Assembly: GCA_028355575.1 (NCBI GenBank) | Contig: JAOMSY010000001.1 | Span: 13,542-77,541, forward strand | Length of the DNA: 64,000 nucleotides | Direction of reading: 5' to 3' | From: Francisellaceae bacterium | Lineage (GTDB): Bacteria; Pseudomonadota; Gammaproteobacteria; Francisellales; Francisellaceae | Shown here: piece by piece, positions 42,590 to 53,043 of the stretch | Position numbering within the stretch: the first letter of the stretch is position 1 | How the letters are laid out: every line of letters starts with the position of its first letter | Position numbers and translations under genes: made by a program | Notes under the pieces: generated by a model | The model's database searches: none | What the model saw: the letters and a program-made list of their open reading frames with translations, nothing else | Told to the model about the DNA's origin: nothing

Positions 42590-43681
42590 TTATTTCGTTA
42601 GTATATTTAATACTCTTCTTAATGGTTCAGCAGCACCCCATAGAAGTTGGTCGCCGACAGTAAATAAGTTGATATGATAAGGGGATATATTTGTTTTCTT
42701 CACCCGACCAACAGCAATATCAAGCGAACCTGATGTTGAGATTGGCGTAAGGTCTTTAAAAGTTGCATCTTTGTTGTTTTCAACTAATTTCACCCATTTA
42801 TTACCATTCTTTATTAAGCTGTTTATTTCATCAAGTGGTATGTCTTCTTTTAATTTAATGGTTAGCGCTTGGCTATGAGAGCGTAAAGAGGAAACACGCA
42901 CACAAATACCGTCTACAGGAATGTTATTTTTAGACTGGAGTATTTTATTCATTTCAGCACAAGCTTTCCATTCTTCTCTGGTTTGTCCATTCTCTACAGC
43001 GGAATCAATCCAGGGTAATAGATTAAGTGCGAGTGAGTTATTGATGACATGTTTTGGGAAGTCATCAGATTGAATTTTTTGACGTAATTGTTGCTCTAAT
43101 TCAATAATGTTGTTTGATTGAATATTTTGAGTTAAGTAGCCCATTTGTGCTAACAGTTCTTGCATTGCTTTAGCCCCAGCACCAGATATTGCTTGGTAGG
43201 TCATGGAACTTACCCATTCGACCAAGTTGGCATTTAATAGGCCTGAAATGGCCAGCATCATCAGGCTGACTGTACAGTTACCACCAATGAAATTCTTAAT
43301 ACCATTCTGAATCGCTGAGTCGATCTGGGTTCTATTCAATGGGTCAAGCACAATAATACTGTTGTCATCCATTCTTAAGGCTGAGGCCGCATCTATCCAA
43401 AAACCATCCCATCCTTTTTGACGTAATGGTGAAAGTACTTTTTTGGTATAATCGCTACCTTGGCAAGTGAGAATAATATCCATTTTAGATAATGCATTAA
43501 GATCATGTGCGTCTACTAGAACAGGTAGGTTAATACCAATCGAAGGTGCTGCTTCTCCAGCCTGAGAGGTGGTAAAGAAGGTTGGGTCAATATTCTTGTC
43601 AAAATCATTTTCAGCCAACATTCTGTCTATAAGAACTGAGCCTACCATTCCGCGCCAACCGACAAATCCAACTTTATGCAT
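42590..43681 (-). CDS. asd: Aspartate-semialdehyde dehydrogenase
   Basis: GFVGWRGMVGSVL, WIDAAS, GGNCTVSLM, RSHSQA, GDQLLWGAAEP. Confidence 0.97.
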   Translation of the reverse strand: MHKVGFVGWRGMVGSVLIDRMLAENDFDKNIDPTFFTTSQAGEAAPSIGINLPVLVDAHDLNALSKMDIILTCQGSDYTKKVLSPLRQKGWDGFWIDAASALRMDDNSIIVLDPLNRTQIDSAIQNGIKNFIGGNCTVSLMMLAISGLLNANLVEWVSSMTYQAISGAGAKAMQELLAQMGYLTQNIQSNNIIELEQQLRQKIQSDDFPKHVINNSLALNLLPWIDSAVENGQTREEWKACAEMNKILQSKNNIPVDGICVRVSSLRSHSQALTIKLKEDIPLDEINSLIKNGNKWVKLVENNKDATFKDLTPISTSGSLDIAVGRVKKTNISPYHINLFTVGDQLLWGAAEPLRRVLNILTK

Positions 43682-43848
43682 TGCTATTTCCTATACTTTT
43701 CTCATTTACGTTACAGTTTTAATCCATCTATTATTTAAGTCAACTCAAAAGTACGACAGAGACAAAAAATCTGTGTGATAAGTCCAGACAATTGCAATAC
43801 AGTTGGTATAATCAAGCAAATAATAGAATATCCTCATGTGAGAATTAA

Positions 43849-45222
43849 ATGCGTTATATCGTTCATAAATTTGGTGGATCAAGTTTAGCTGATGCAAAAA
43901 AAGTTAATAATATTGTTAATATTGTCTCTGGCAAAAACGAGGTTGTGGTTGTTTCGGCAACGGGCAAGACAACTAGTAAGTTAAAACAATCTTTGTCATT
44001 AGCAAAATCTAACAAAGATTACACTTCAATATTACAAGACATATTAGAATCTCATTTTAAGATTATTGATACATTTTCGCATTGCCAAAATCAATCCTTG
44101 AAAAATGAGATTGCTGCCGACATTAAAGATATTTCACGTATTTTGACCACAATCGTACTGACAAAGACGTATGCTGATAGCCTTAAGAACTTTGTCTTAG
44201 GCTATGGTGAGCTTTGGTCAGCCAAAATATTAACGCATTGTTTGCAATGTGCTGGTGTGGATGCAGGATTTGTTGATGCCTCTAAAGTATTGCATGTGGA
44301 TGATACAAATTTCCCCGTTTCTGTTAACTGGTCAAAAAGCCAAACTATGCTTCATGAACATATGCTAGAACATAAGCATGATGTCTATGTGATCACTGGA
44401 TTTATCGCGCAAAACCTAGAAGGTCATAGAACCATTCTGGGTATGAACTGTAGTGATTATTCGGCTTCAATCTTTGCCAAATTAACGGATGCATCTGAAT
44501 TAAATATCTGGACGGATGTCGCAGGTATATATAGTGCAAATCCTCAGGCAGTGCCTAATGCGCAAAGCTTAGATTCATTATCATATAAGGAAGCATTAGA
44601 ATTAGCTTACTTTGGTGCCTCTGTGGTTCATCCATTAACGATTAGTCCGATGATGGAAATGGGTACACCGATTTACATTAAAAGTAGTTTTGATCCTCAG
44701 GCTAAAGGGACGGTTATTCGTGATGAAAAAGACTTAGAATCCTCATCCTTAGCGAAAGGTGTTAGTAGTATTACAAATGTCGCGATGTTGCGTGTTCAAG
44801 GTGCTGGAATGATAGGTGTCTCTGGTATTTCGGCTCGAGTTTTTAATACACTTGACCGTGCGAAAATATCAGTATTAATGATTTCTCAAGCGAGTTCTGA
44901 ATATTCTATTTGTTTTGCGATACCAATTCCTGAGTCGAATAAAGCGGTAAAGGTTCTGGAAAAAGAATTTATGAATGACATTAAAAGTGGCAACATTGAG
45001 CATGTTCGCTGTGAAAAACCCTATGCGCTTGTTACTGCAGTGGGTGATGGTATGATTTCCCATCCCGGCTCACTCGCAAAAATGATTAATGCGCTTGCGG
45101 AGGCAAATATTAATATTCACGCGATTGCGCAAGGTTCTTCTGAACGGAGTATTACCGTTACCATAAAAGAGGAAAAAGAAGAATTGGCATTAAGTGCTGT
45201 TCATAATGCATATTATGCTTAA
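43849..45222 (+). CDS. Aspartate kinase (ThrA-like kinase plus two ACT domains; no homoserine dehydrogenase domain)
   Basis: HKFGGSSLA, VVVSA, IWTDVAGIYSANP, ELAYFGA, ISQASSEYSI, IAQGSSERSI. Confidence 0.88.
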   Translation: MRYIVHKFGGSSLADAKKVNNIVNIVSGKNEVVVVSATGKTTSKLKQSLSLAKSNKDYTSILQDILESHFKIIDTFSHCQNQSLKNEIAADIKDISRILTTIVLTKTYADSLKNFVLGYGELWSAKILTHCLQCAGVDAGFVDASKVLHVDDTNFPVSVNWSKSQTMLHEHMLEHKHDVYVITGFIAQNLEGHRTILGMNCSDYSASIFAKLTDASELNIWTDVAGIYSANPQAVPNAQSLDSLSYKEALELAYFGASVVHPLTISPMMEMGTPIYIKSSFDPQAKGTVIRDEKDLESSSLAKGVSSITNVAMLRVQGAGMIGVSGISARVFNTLDRAKISVLMISQASSEYSICFAIPIPESNKAVKVLEKEFMNDIKSGNIEHVRCEKPYALVTAVGDGMISHPGSLAKMINALAEANINIHAIAQGSSERSITVTIKEEKEELALSAVHNAYYA

Positions 45223-45237
45223 CATCTAAGGATATTA

Positions 45238-46224
45238 ATGAGCAAGATTATAATAAATTCTGATATCTATTCCGTTGAAGCCTATGCGCCTGCTACGAGT
45301 GCAAATTTTGCAGTTGGTTACGACTTGATTGGATTTGCAATTGAAGGTGCAGGTGATGTTGTTAAGCTAGTTAAGCGTGATGATGATACAATTTTAATCC
45401 ATGAAATTGACGGTGTAGAAGGTGCTGAAAGGCTCCCCTATGATGACCGGAATGTATGCGTTGCCATTATAAAAAAATTCTTAGCTGATTATCAGCTGAC
45501 TGCAGGGTTTGATATTTATATAAATAAAGGTATTTCATTAAGCTCAGGGATGGGTGGTTCAGCGGCTTCTGCCGTTGCTGCCATTACCGCATTAAATGGT
45601 TTCTTTAAAAAGCCATTGCCTTTATCTGCGCTAGCAGATTATACAATTTATGCTGAAAGTTTAATTTCTGGTGGTGTTTATCATGGTGATAATGCCATTC
45701 CATCTCTATACGGTGGTTTAGTCTTAATCCAAAACTCTAAACCGTGTGAAATGGTTTCTTTGCCAACTGTTGATGTAAAAATAGTGATTGTTCATCCGCA
45801 TATAGAAGTTGAAACAAAAGAAGCAAAAAAATTAATGCAAGTGCCATTTAATATCTCTGAAATCGTAGAACAATCAGGTAATTTGGCTGCGTTTATTTGT
45901 GCTCTATATCGAAATGATATTGATTTATTAGCACATAGTTTGCATGACGTCTTAGCTGAACCAAGACGCTCAAAATTAATTATTGGCTTTGACCATGTTA
46001 AACAGGCGGCAATGGATAATGGTGCAATTGCAAGTTCAATATCAGGTTCAGGGCCATCCATGTTTGCGGTAGCCAGAGATGATAAAACTGCGAATAAAAT
46101 TGCAAAATCAATGGTTGCAGAATTTACACGTCATGGTCTTTATTCAGAGTATTGGATATCTCCTTTGAATGCACCTGGTGCTGTTATTAAAAATATCGAA
46201 ACAAAATCGAATTTATCTGCATAG
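45238..46224 (+). CDS. thrB: Homoserine kinase
   Basis: APATSANFAVGYD, GMGGSAAS GHMP motif, HGDN, ISGSGPS. Confidence 0.92.
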   Translation: MSKIIINSDIYSVEAYAPATSANFAVGYDLIGFAIEGAGDVVKLVKRDDDTILIHEIDGVEGAERLPYDDRNVCVAIIKKFLADYQLTAGFDIYINKGISLSSGMGGSAASAVAAITALNGFFKKPLPLSALADYTIYAESLISGGVYHGDNAIPSLYGGLVLIQNSKPCEMVSLPTVDVKIVIVHPHIEVETKEAKKLMQVPFNISEIVEQSGNLAAFICALYRNDIDLLAHSLHDVLAEPRRSKLIIGFDHVKQAAMDNGAIASSISGSGPSMFAVARDDKTANKIAKSMVAEFTRHGLYSEYWISPLNAPGAVIKNIETKSNLSA

Positions 46225-46397
46225 ATCATTAAGGGGATCTTTAAATAATTTAGGAATACCCATCTTAAGCTTTTAAATTTACCAGAGATTAGTTGCAAAT
46301 TTTGCTAATAGAATATGCAATTAACTGCAATATGCCCCTTATTATGATAAATTTGAATTATTAATCTGATGCATCCAGAATTATTAGAGGCGCCCAT

Positions 46398-47684
46398 ATG
46401 AAATATAAAAGTACGCGTGGAAAACAAACACCTGTTTCTTTAAGCTTTGCCATGAAAACTGGTTTAGCTGGTGATGGTGGCTTATACATTCCTGAACAGT
46501 TTCCAACTATTGACTGGAAGTCATTATCAAAAGATATGGCGTATCCAGAATTTGCACAAGTCATGCTTACGCCATTTTTTGAAGGGGATGAATTAGCAAA
46601 CAAATTGAATCATATTTGTCAAAATGCATTTAGCTTTCCTGTTCCGGTAAAACAATTAGACGAAAATACTGCCATCTTGGAATTGTTTCATGGTCCAACG
46701 CTATCCTTTAAAGACTTTGGTGCTAGATTTTTGGCAAATTCTCTCAGCCAAGTAAAGACAGATAAAGTGATTACGATTATTGTTGCGACCTCGGGTGATA
46801 CAGGTTCTGCAGTTGCCGCTGCATTCCATAATCAACCTAATATACGTGTCGTGGTAATGTTTCCAGATGGTAAGATTTCTAAACGACAAGAAAAACAGAT
46901 CACTTGTTGGGGCGATAACGTACTTGCAATCTCTGTAGAAGGCGTATTCGATGACTGTCAGAAATTGGTTAAAGAAGCCTTTACAAAAAGCTGGTGGACC
47001 GAGCGCACACATTTGAATACTTCGAATAGTATTAACATTGGGCGATTATTGCCGCAAATGACCTATTATGCCTATACAAGTTGGCAGCACTATCTTAAGC
47101 ATGGTGAGTCAGCAAATTATATTGTCCCAACTGGGAATATTGGTAATGTCTGTGCCGCATTTTGGGCGAAAAAAATTGGTTTCCCAATCGGCGATATCGT
47201 ATTAAGTCAAAATGCAAATAATACGGTTGGGGAGTATCTGGCAAAAGGGGAATATAATCCGAAAGATAGCATTGAGACATTAGCCAATGCGATGGATGTC
47301 GGTAAGCCTAGTAATATAGAACGGCTGTTTAATATGTTCCCTGAATTTAAAGTATTTAAAGAAAATATTCGTGCATTTACCGTTTCTGATGAACAGATTT
47401 CTGAGACGATTAAGTCTGTTTATGAGCAGTATAACGAAGAAATTTGCCCGCATACTGCAACAGCCTTTTATGCCCGACAACAGTTAGATGATAATAAAAA
47501 ATATATTTGTGTTGCAACGGCACATCCGGCTAAGTTTGAATCGGTTATCGAGCCAATTTTAGCTAAAGAGATTCCACCCACGGAACAGCTTCAGGAGTTG
47601 CTTGATAGAGCGCAATACAAAGTTGAAATTAAAGCGGATATGGAATCGTTATGTGATACTTACGCCCAGTATTTTAAAAATTAA
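46398..47684 (+). CDS. thrC: Threonine synthase
   Basis: GLAGDGGLYIP, LELFHGPTLSFKDFG, ATSGDTG, NSINIGRL, TAHPAKF. Confidence 0.96.
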   Translation: MKYKSTRGKQTPVSLSFAMKTGLAGDGGLYIPEQFPTIDWKSLSKDMAYPEFAQVMLTPFFEGDELANKLNHICQNAFSFPVPVKQLDENTAILELFHGPTLSFKDFGARFLANSLSQVKTDKVITIIVATSGDTGSAVAAAFHNQPNIRVVVMFPDGKISKRQEKQITCWGDNVLAISVEGVFDDCQKLVKEAFTKSWWTERTHLNTSNSINIGRLLPQMTYYAYTSWQHYLKHGESANYIVPTGNIGNVCAAFWAKKIGFPIGDIVLSQNANNTVGEYLAKGEYNPKDSIETLANAMDVGKPSNIERLFNMFPEFKVFKENIRAFTVSDEQISETIKSVYEQYNEEICPHTATAFYARQQLDDNKKYICVATAHPAKFESVIEPILAKEIPPTEQLQELLDRAQYKVEIKADMESLCDTYAQYFKN

Positions 47685-47705
47685 TTTGATGTTGGCTTAG
47701 ATTAA

Positions 47706-48239
47706 ATGATTAACTGTGAACATGTCTATACGGGCGATATCCTACGTCAAAAAACAACCGATGTGATGAATGTATTTTCTGATGAAGTTAAATCAACGAT
47801 TAGCTTACTGATAGAAAAAGGTAACCTAGGGCTAAATGGTCAAAAAGCAATTGGTGTTGCTGCGCCACAAATAGGTATCTCTAATAGAATATTTATTTAT
47901 AGATTACCTATTATCCAAGATGGTGAAGAGGCTGATTATAATGTCCCTTGGTCTACTGTTATTAATCCATCCTATCAACCAGCTGATAATACAACGGTTC
48001 AGTTGATGAAAGAAGGATGTCTGTCTGTCCCTTATTTTTATAGTGAGAATGTGCCAAGGTATGAATCAATTGAGTATAGCTACATTGATGAAAATGGGGT
48101 GTTTTACCAAGGCGTTGCTTCAGGGATGTTTGCGCATGTATTTCAGCATGAGACGGATCATTTAGATGGTAAGTTATATATTGACTTATTAGAAAATATC
48201 GGTGACTTAAAAATATCAGATGGCACGCCAATTCGTTAG
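47706..48239 (+). CDS. def: Peptide deformylase
   Basis: GVAAPQIG, EGCLS, QHETDHLDG. Confidence 0.9.
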   Translation: MINCEHVYTGDILRQKTTDVMNVFSDEVKSTISLLIEKGNLGLNGQKAIGVAAPQIGISNRIFIYRLPIIQDGEEADYNVPWSTVINPSYQPADNTTVQLMKEGCLSVPYFYSENVPRYESIEYSYIDENGVFYQGVASGMFAHVFQHETDHLDGKLYIDLLENIGDLKISDGTPIR

Positions 48240-48441
48240 TTTTATTGCATTTTAAATTTACTTTTATATACTTTTCTTTTCACTTTTCCCATTAAAAAAG
48301 CACATATAAAAAAAACTGTAATTTCCTAAAATATTTTCTAGGATTTTTAAAACTTATATCTATAATTGCATTTGAAATCAGATTGGAGGAATAGGAGTTT
48401 TAAATGTCCCATCAGTTAAATGAAATTGGCAAGGTGTTTTA

Positions 48442-48867
48442 ATGTATACGGATAAGAATGTTTCAACATGGTATGGAAAATTAAGCACAAAGAATAAAGA
48501 TATTATTGTTATATATGACAATCGAGTTATTGCTTCAAAAGGTCGAGTTAGTTTTTACCATACTGGTCGTAAAGAAATTGTTGAGTTTGTAGAAGATATT
48601 GTTAAGAAAAATTTACATGACTTATCAGATGAAGAATTAAAAGAAGCCGAAAAAGAATATAAAAAAGAATGGAATGCTGCGTTTACAGAGTATAAAAAAC
48701 AACATCCCGCTTTATTCCCAACAAAAAAATCTACTGCACCTGCTCCAGAGACCAATACATTTGATGATGTTGAAATTGAGGAAGATGATGAGGAAGATCC
48801 TGATATGATTAATATCGATGACTTAGAGTCTGAGGATGATTTCGACGAAGAAGAGGAAGAAGATTAG
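48442..48867 (+). CDS. Hypothetical protein with a very acidic C-terminal tail
   Basis: Clean ORF with AAGG upstream; tail DDVEIEEDDEEDPDMINIDDLESEDDFDEEEEED. Confidence 0.75.
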   Translation: MYTDKNVSTWYGKLSTKNKDIIVIYDNRVIASKGRVSFYHTGRKEIVEFVEDIVKKNLHDLSDEELKEAEKEYKKEWNAAFTEYKKQHPALFPTKKSTAPAPETNTFDDVEIEEDDEEDPDMINIDDLESEDDFDEEEEED

Positions 48868-48979
48868 TTTATCTTTTTTGTTCATAAATACATTTCAATA
48901 CACTTGATTTTTTTGCAGTAAGCTCTCATATTATTTTCATAGGATTTTGTTAAAATCAAAAATGAACCTAGGAGGTAAT

Positions 48980-49711
48980 ATGAAGAAAATATTTTTGGCT
49001 TCCGCTCTATTTGCGGCAACAACTTCACTTTTTGCAGCGACAGTTACTTTATATGATCAACCAGAGTCTGGCTCAAAGTCAATCGGTCAAGTCGATTCCT
49101 CTCAAGTTAAACCTTTTTACAAGAAAGGTGAATGGCTGAAAGTAGGTGACCAGGCCAATGGACAAGTTGGTTGGATAAAGTCAGCGAAATTGCAAGCGGC
49201 TAAAAATAAATCGACAAAAGAAGAACTGGCTAGTATTCAACAAGCCCAAAAAGAAGCTGAACAAGCTAAGAGTCAATTCGAGCAACAATATCAGCAAACG
49301 GTGCAACAACTTAACCAAAGGCAAGAATCTTTATTGCAAAAGCTTAATAGACAGCAAAATCTTTCTCAACCAAGCAGCAGCATACAGTCATCCCTGAAAC
49401 AGACCTCTGTAAGCTATGCTGGAAATGGGCAAGATGGAAAGGTAAAAGTAACTGAGCAATGGACAAACAAAGATGGTAAGTTAGAAACTAAAACTTACGA
49501 GATGCCAGTAGCTCAATATAATAAACAACAAGCCAATGCTCAATCAAATTCTGCATATCAGCAAATGCAGCAGCGTCACCAGCAGATGGAGGCTTATATG
49601 AACCAGATGATGCAGCAAATGCAACAGCAGTTTGGATCATCCGCAATGCCTGTTCAAAACAATACCCTGAGTACAGGTAATCCTGTTATATCATCAAAAA
49701 GTGAGAGCTAA
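48980..49711 (+). CDS. Secreted protein: SH3b-like domain, coiled coil, Gln-rich C-terminus
   Basis: GGAGG RBS before ATG 48980; signal peptide ending LFA; GEWLKV...GQVGWI. Confidence 0.75.
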   Translation: MKKIFLASALFAATTSLFAATVTLYDQPESGSKSIGQVDSSQVKPFYKKGEWLKVGDQANGQVGWIKSAKLQAAKNKSTKEELASIQQAQKEAEQAKSQFEQQYQQTVQQLNQRQESLLQKLNRQQNLSQPSSSIQSSLKQTSVSYAGNGQDGKVKVTEQWTNKDGKLETKTYEMPVAQYNKQQANAQSNSAYQQMQQRHQQMEAYMNQMMQQMQQQFGSSAMPVQNNTLSTGNPVISSKSES

Positions 49712-49803
49712 TTTACATTCTAAATTATCATTAGCCTGTATTATGTTTTAATGACTTATATGCTAAGTTTTAGTTAATGCAATTTCTTTCAAGTTGAGCC
49801 AGT

Positions 49804-52800
49804 ATGTTTTATTTACACACTTCAAATAAAACAGAAAATTTACTGGCACATTTAGATACTGTTCTTAAAAACTCAAAAACAAGTTCTATTCTCGAGAAAC
49901 AAACTTTTTTAATACAAAGTGAGGGCATGGGTCGTTGGCTCATGCAGCAGATGGCGATTAAGAATAAATTATTTTGTAACTATGAATTTATTTTCCCTAA
50001 TCGATTCTTTGAAAAGGTTGCGAAATCCATTGGCTGTCATCTTTTGGACGAAGACTTTGATAGAGCAAATTTGGTTTGGCGGATTTATTCAATATTATCA
50101 TCACTGGATATATCAGAATTCCATACGCTGAGATCATATATCAACGGAGATGTTACTGGTGTTAAACGATTTCAGTTATCACAGCAGTTAGCTAATTTGT
50201 TCGATCAATATCAGATAGTGCGTCCAGAAATTTTATTTAATTGGCAGAATAATGAATGTTTGTTTGAAGGAACGCAGTATCAAGAAACAGAATCGTGGCA
50301 ACAAACTATCTGGTTAGAGATTATAAAGCAAATTAGAGGTGACGCTAAAAGCCGAACGGAGTTATGGCAAGAAGCAATTTACCAAGTTAAACATCATCAA
50401 TATGCGAATGATTTTCCAAAAGTAGTATCAATATTTGGCATAAATAACTTACCAGAAGTCTATCTGAAATTTTTAGAAGCATTATCAGCGCATATTGATA
50501 TTCATTTGTATCTTTTGAACCCATCGCAAGAATATTGGTTAGATATCCCGTCAAAAAAACAAATTGCTTTAGAAAATTTACACAAAGGTTTTGATCAGCA
50601 AGCTGATCTTTTAGAAGCAGGCCACCCGTTATTAGCAAATTTCGGTAAACAAGGACAGTACTTTCAGGAGTTATTGCTTTTAGAAGAGAAAAATTTTGAG
50701 AGTCACTTTGAAAGTTTTTTAATGACAGAAGGGCGGTCTTGGCTTGAGCATATTCAAAATGATTTGCTATGTAATCAGCTTACGTTACCTAATCGTACAG
50801 CAATTGATGATAGTATAAAAATTCATAATTGCCACACGCCTATCCGTGAGCTTGAAGTCTTAAAAAATGAGATTCTATACGTGCTTGATGAAACAGATAT
50901 CCAGTTACGTGATATTGTTATTATGGCGCCGAATATTGAAGATTATGCACCATATATCCCAGCTATATTTTCAGACATTAAACATACTTTAGCCGATGAA
51001 ACGCTCAGGAATGCCAATCCGCTAATAGATGCCTTTGAGCAATTTTTTCAAGTGATTATGGGAAGGTTTGGTTGGCAAGAGGTGCTAGATTTACTGACGC
51101 TTCCCGAATTACAAAGTAGCTTTGATATTAACGAAAATGAGCTTGAACAAATCGCTTATTGGGTTAAAGAGACGAATGTGCGTTGGGCGTATGCAAAGGC
51201 GCATAAGCAAGAGTTAGGTATTCCTGAAGATGAATTAAATACTTGGTTTTTTGGCTTACAACGCATGATGATGGGCTATGCAATTGGTGATGATCAAAAT
51301 TTATTTGATGGTATTTCAGCCTATATAGAAATAGAGGGGCAATCTTCAATAGTATTGGGGAAGCTTTATCAATATATCAACTTCTTGATTACAGCCAGGA
51401 GAAAGTTTTCAAAACAATATACCTTAGCAGACTGGGTGGATCTTCTCAGTGACCAAGTGTCTGTATTGTTTAAAGATGAGAATGTGCAGTCATATCATAA
51501 GGTGGAATTGCTCACCAAGTTAACGGATTTAACCAAAGATGCATTAGCCTTTTTTGATTCTAAGCTAGAGTTCAAAGTGATATTAAATTGGTTTCAAGGA
51601 TTAAGTTCTGAGGTTTCATCAGCACAAGGTTTTTTGACAGGCGGCTTAACATTTTGTTCTATGCTACCAATGCGCTCCATTCCATTCAAAGTTATTGCGT
51701 TATTAGGCATGAATGAAGGTGACTTCCCGGGAATTGATCGTAAAAACACGTTTGATCTAACACAAGTTCAATTCAGAAAAGGTGATCGTTCAAAACGGCT
51801 CGATAATAAGTACCAATTCTTAGAAACACTCTTATCTGCCAGACAAAAATTATGGTTATTTTATCAAGGGCAATTAGCGGAAAATAACGAACCGTTACAG
51901 CCATCATCCGTTGTGAGTGATTTAATTGATACCTTCACCGAGCACTATCAAGTGCCTGAAGATGCGCTTGTTACTAAGCATCCTTTGCAAAGCTATCATC
52001 AAACTTATTTTGCTAAAAATAATCGTTATAAGAATTATAATGTTTTACAGTTTGATATCGCAAAGCATTTACAGGATGCGCGTAGCCAACAAGCCAGCAG
52101 TGCCAAATCATTTTGGTCGCAACAGTCGCAATACATCAATACTCCTTCGCCTGAAAGAATCGAGATTAAAGATCTCATTCAGTTTATCAAAAATCCGCAA
52201 TCTTATTTTGTTAAAAATATACTGCAACTTAAGCTAAATGTAGAAGATGAAACCATTGAAGAAAAAGAACCTTTTGAAATAGCAGGATTAACTCGATATG
52301 AATTAAAGCAAAATTTAGTTGCTGAACTATGCCATAGCGATGTACAAAATAAAGATGAATTATATGAAGCATATAAAGCAAAAGGGGTACTTTTGGGCGG
52401 TGAGGTTGGTAAGCAGGTTTTTACTAATTATTGGCAAATAGCACAAGAATTTGAACAAATTTTTAAAGGTATCTGCTTAGAGGCAGGTAATGCAGAAGAA
52501 GATTTGCTGATTGATAAACAAATACAAATTGATCATGACATTTCAGTAACCTTGGCAGGGGTGTTAGGTCAGCAATATCAAAATGCGATGGTATTGTTTA
52601 GAATTGGCGATTTGGATGGAAAATCCTTATTATCTGCTTGGATACAACATTTGTTAATCAATCAAGTCAAAACTAAACAAACATATTTGATTTATGGTAA
52701 AGATCAAGTTCAGGTGCTTACGTTTTCATCTTCTCAACAATCTATTTCTCCGCTTTGTGAATGGTTAAAGTTATTTATATCTGGGCAACAAAAGCCTAGT

Positions 52801-53043
52801 CATTTATTTGTTGAACCTGCATTAGACTATGTGAGGCAATTACATAAAAATAATGTTAGAAAGACGCCAAAGACTATGGCGCTTGAAGCGTTTCAAACCC
52901 AATTAAACAGTGGGTATCATCCTGAATGGCAATTGCTCTATCGAAATTTTACCAAGAATGATATAGCGCAATTATTTGATAAAGATTTTGAGCACATCTG
53001 TGAAAGATTAATTGATCCAATTTGGAGTGCGGTTTCTTTATGA
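49804..53043 (+). CDS. recC: Exodeoxyribonuclease V gamma subunit
   Basis: HTSNKTENL, LFDQYQIVRPE, NPSQEYW, RELEVL, MRSIPFKVIALLGMN, HPLQ. Confidence 0.95.
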   Translation: MFYLHTSNKTENLLAHLDTVLKNSKTSSILEKQTFLIQSEGMGRWLMQQMAIKNKLFCNYEFIFPNRFFEKVAKSIGCHLLDEDFDRANLVWRIYSILSSLDISEFHTLRSYINGDVTGVKRFQLSQQLANLFDQYQIVRPEILFNWQNNECLFEGTQYQETESWQQTIWLEIIKQIRGDAKSRTELWQEAIYQVKHHQYANDFPKVVSIFGINNLPEVYLKFLEALSAHIDIHLYLLNPSQEYWLDIPSKKQIALENLHKGFDQQADLLEAGHPLLANFGKQGQYFQELLLLEEKNFESHFESFLMTEGRSWLEHIQNDLLCNQLTLPNRTAIDDSIKIHNCHTPIRELEVLKNEILYVLDETDIQLRDIVIMAPNIEDYAPYIPAIFSDIKHTLADETLRNANPLIDAFEQFFQVIMGRFGWQEVLDLLTLPELQSSFDINENELEQIAYWVKETNVRWAYAKAHKQELGIPEDELNTWFFGLQRMMMGYAIGDDQNLFDGISAYIEIEGQSSIVLGKLYQYINFLITARRKFSKQYTLADWVDLLSDQVSVLFKDENVQSYHKVELLTKLTDLTKDALAFFDSKLEFKVILNWFQGLSSEVSSAQGFLTGGLTFCSMLPMRSIPFKVIALLGMNEGDFPGIDRKNTFDLTQVQFRKGDRSKRLDNKYQFLETLLSARQKLWLFYQGQLAENNEPLQPSSVVSDLIDTFTEHYQVPEDALVTKHPLQSYHQTYFAKNNRYKNYNVLQFDIAKHLQDARSQQASSAKSFWSQQSQYINTPSPERIEIKDLIQFIKNPQSYFVKNILQLKLNVEDETIEEKEPFEIAGLTRYELKQNLVAELCHSDVQNKDELYEAYKAKGVLLGGEVGKQVFTNYWQIAQEFEQIFKGICLEAGNAEEDLLIDKQIQIDHDISVTLAGVLGQQYQNAMVLFRIGDLDGKSLLSAWIQHLLINQVKTKQTYLIYGKDQVQVLTFSSSQQSISPLCEWLKLFISGQQKPSHLFVEPALDYVRQLHKNNVRKTPKTMALEAFQTQLNSGYHPEWQLLYRNFTKNDIAQLFDKDFEHICERLIDPIWSAVSL

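Noticed and set aside
46225..46397. 173-bp gap between thrB and thrC as a leftover of hom or an attenuator
   Set aside because: No recognisable dehydrogenase remnant, Thr/Ile-rich leader peptide or strong terminator
31690..46997. Two E. coli-type Chi octamers GCTGGTGG (31690-31697 and 46990-46997) in a recBCD-containing window
   Set aside because: Too few to establish over-representation, and both are explained by coding sequence; a genome-wide octamer skew analysis would be needed
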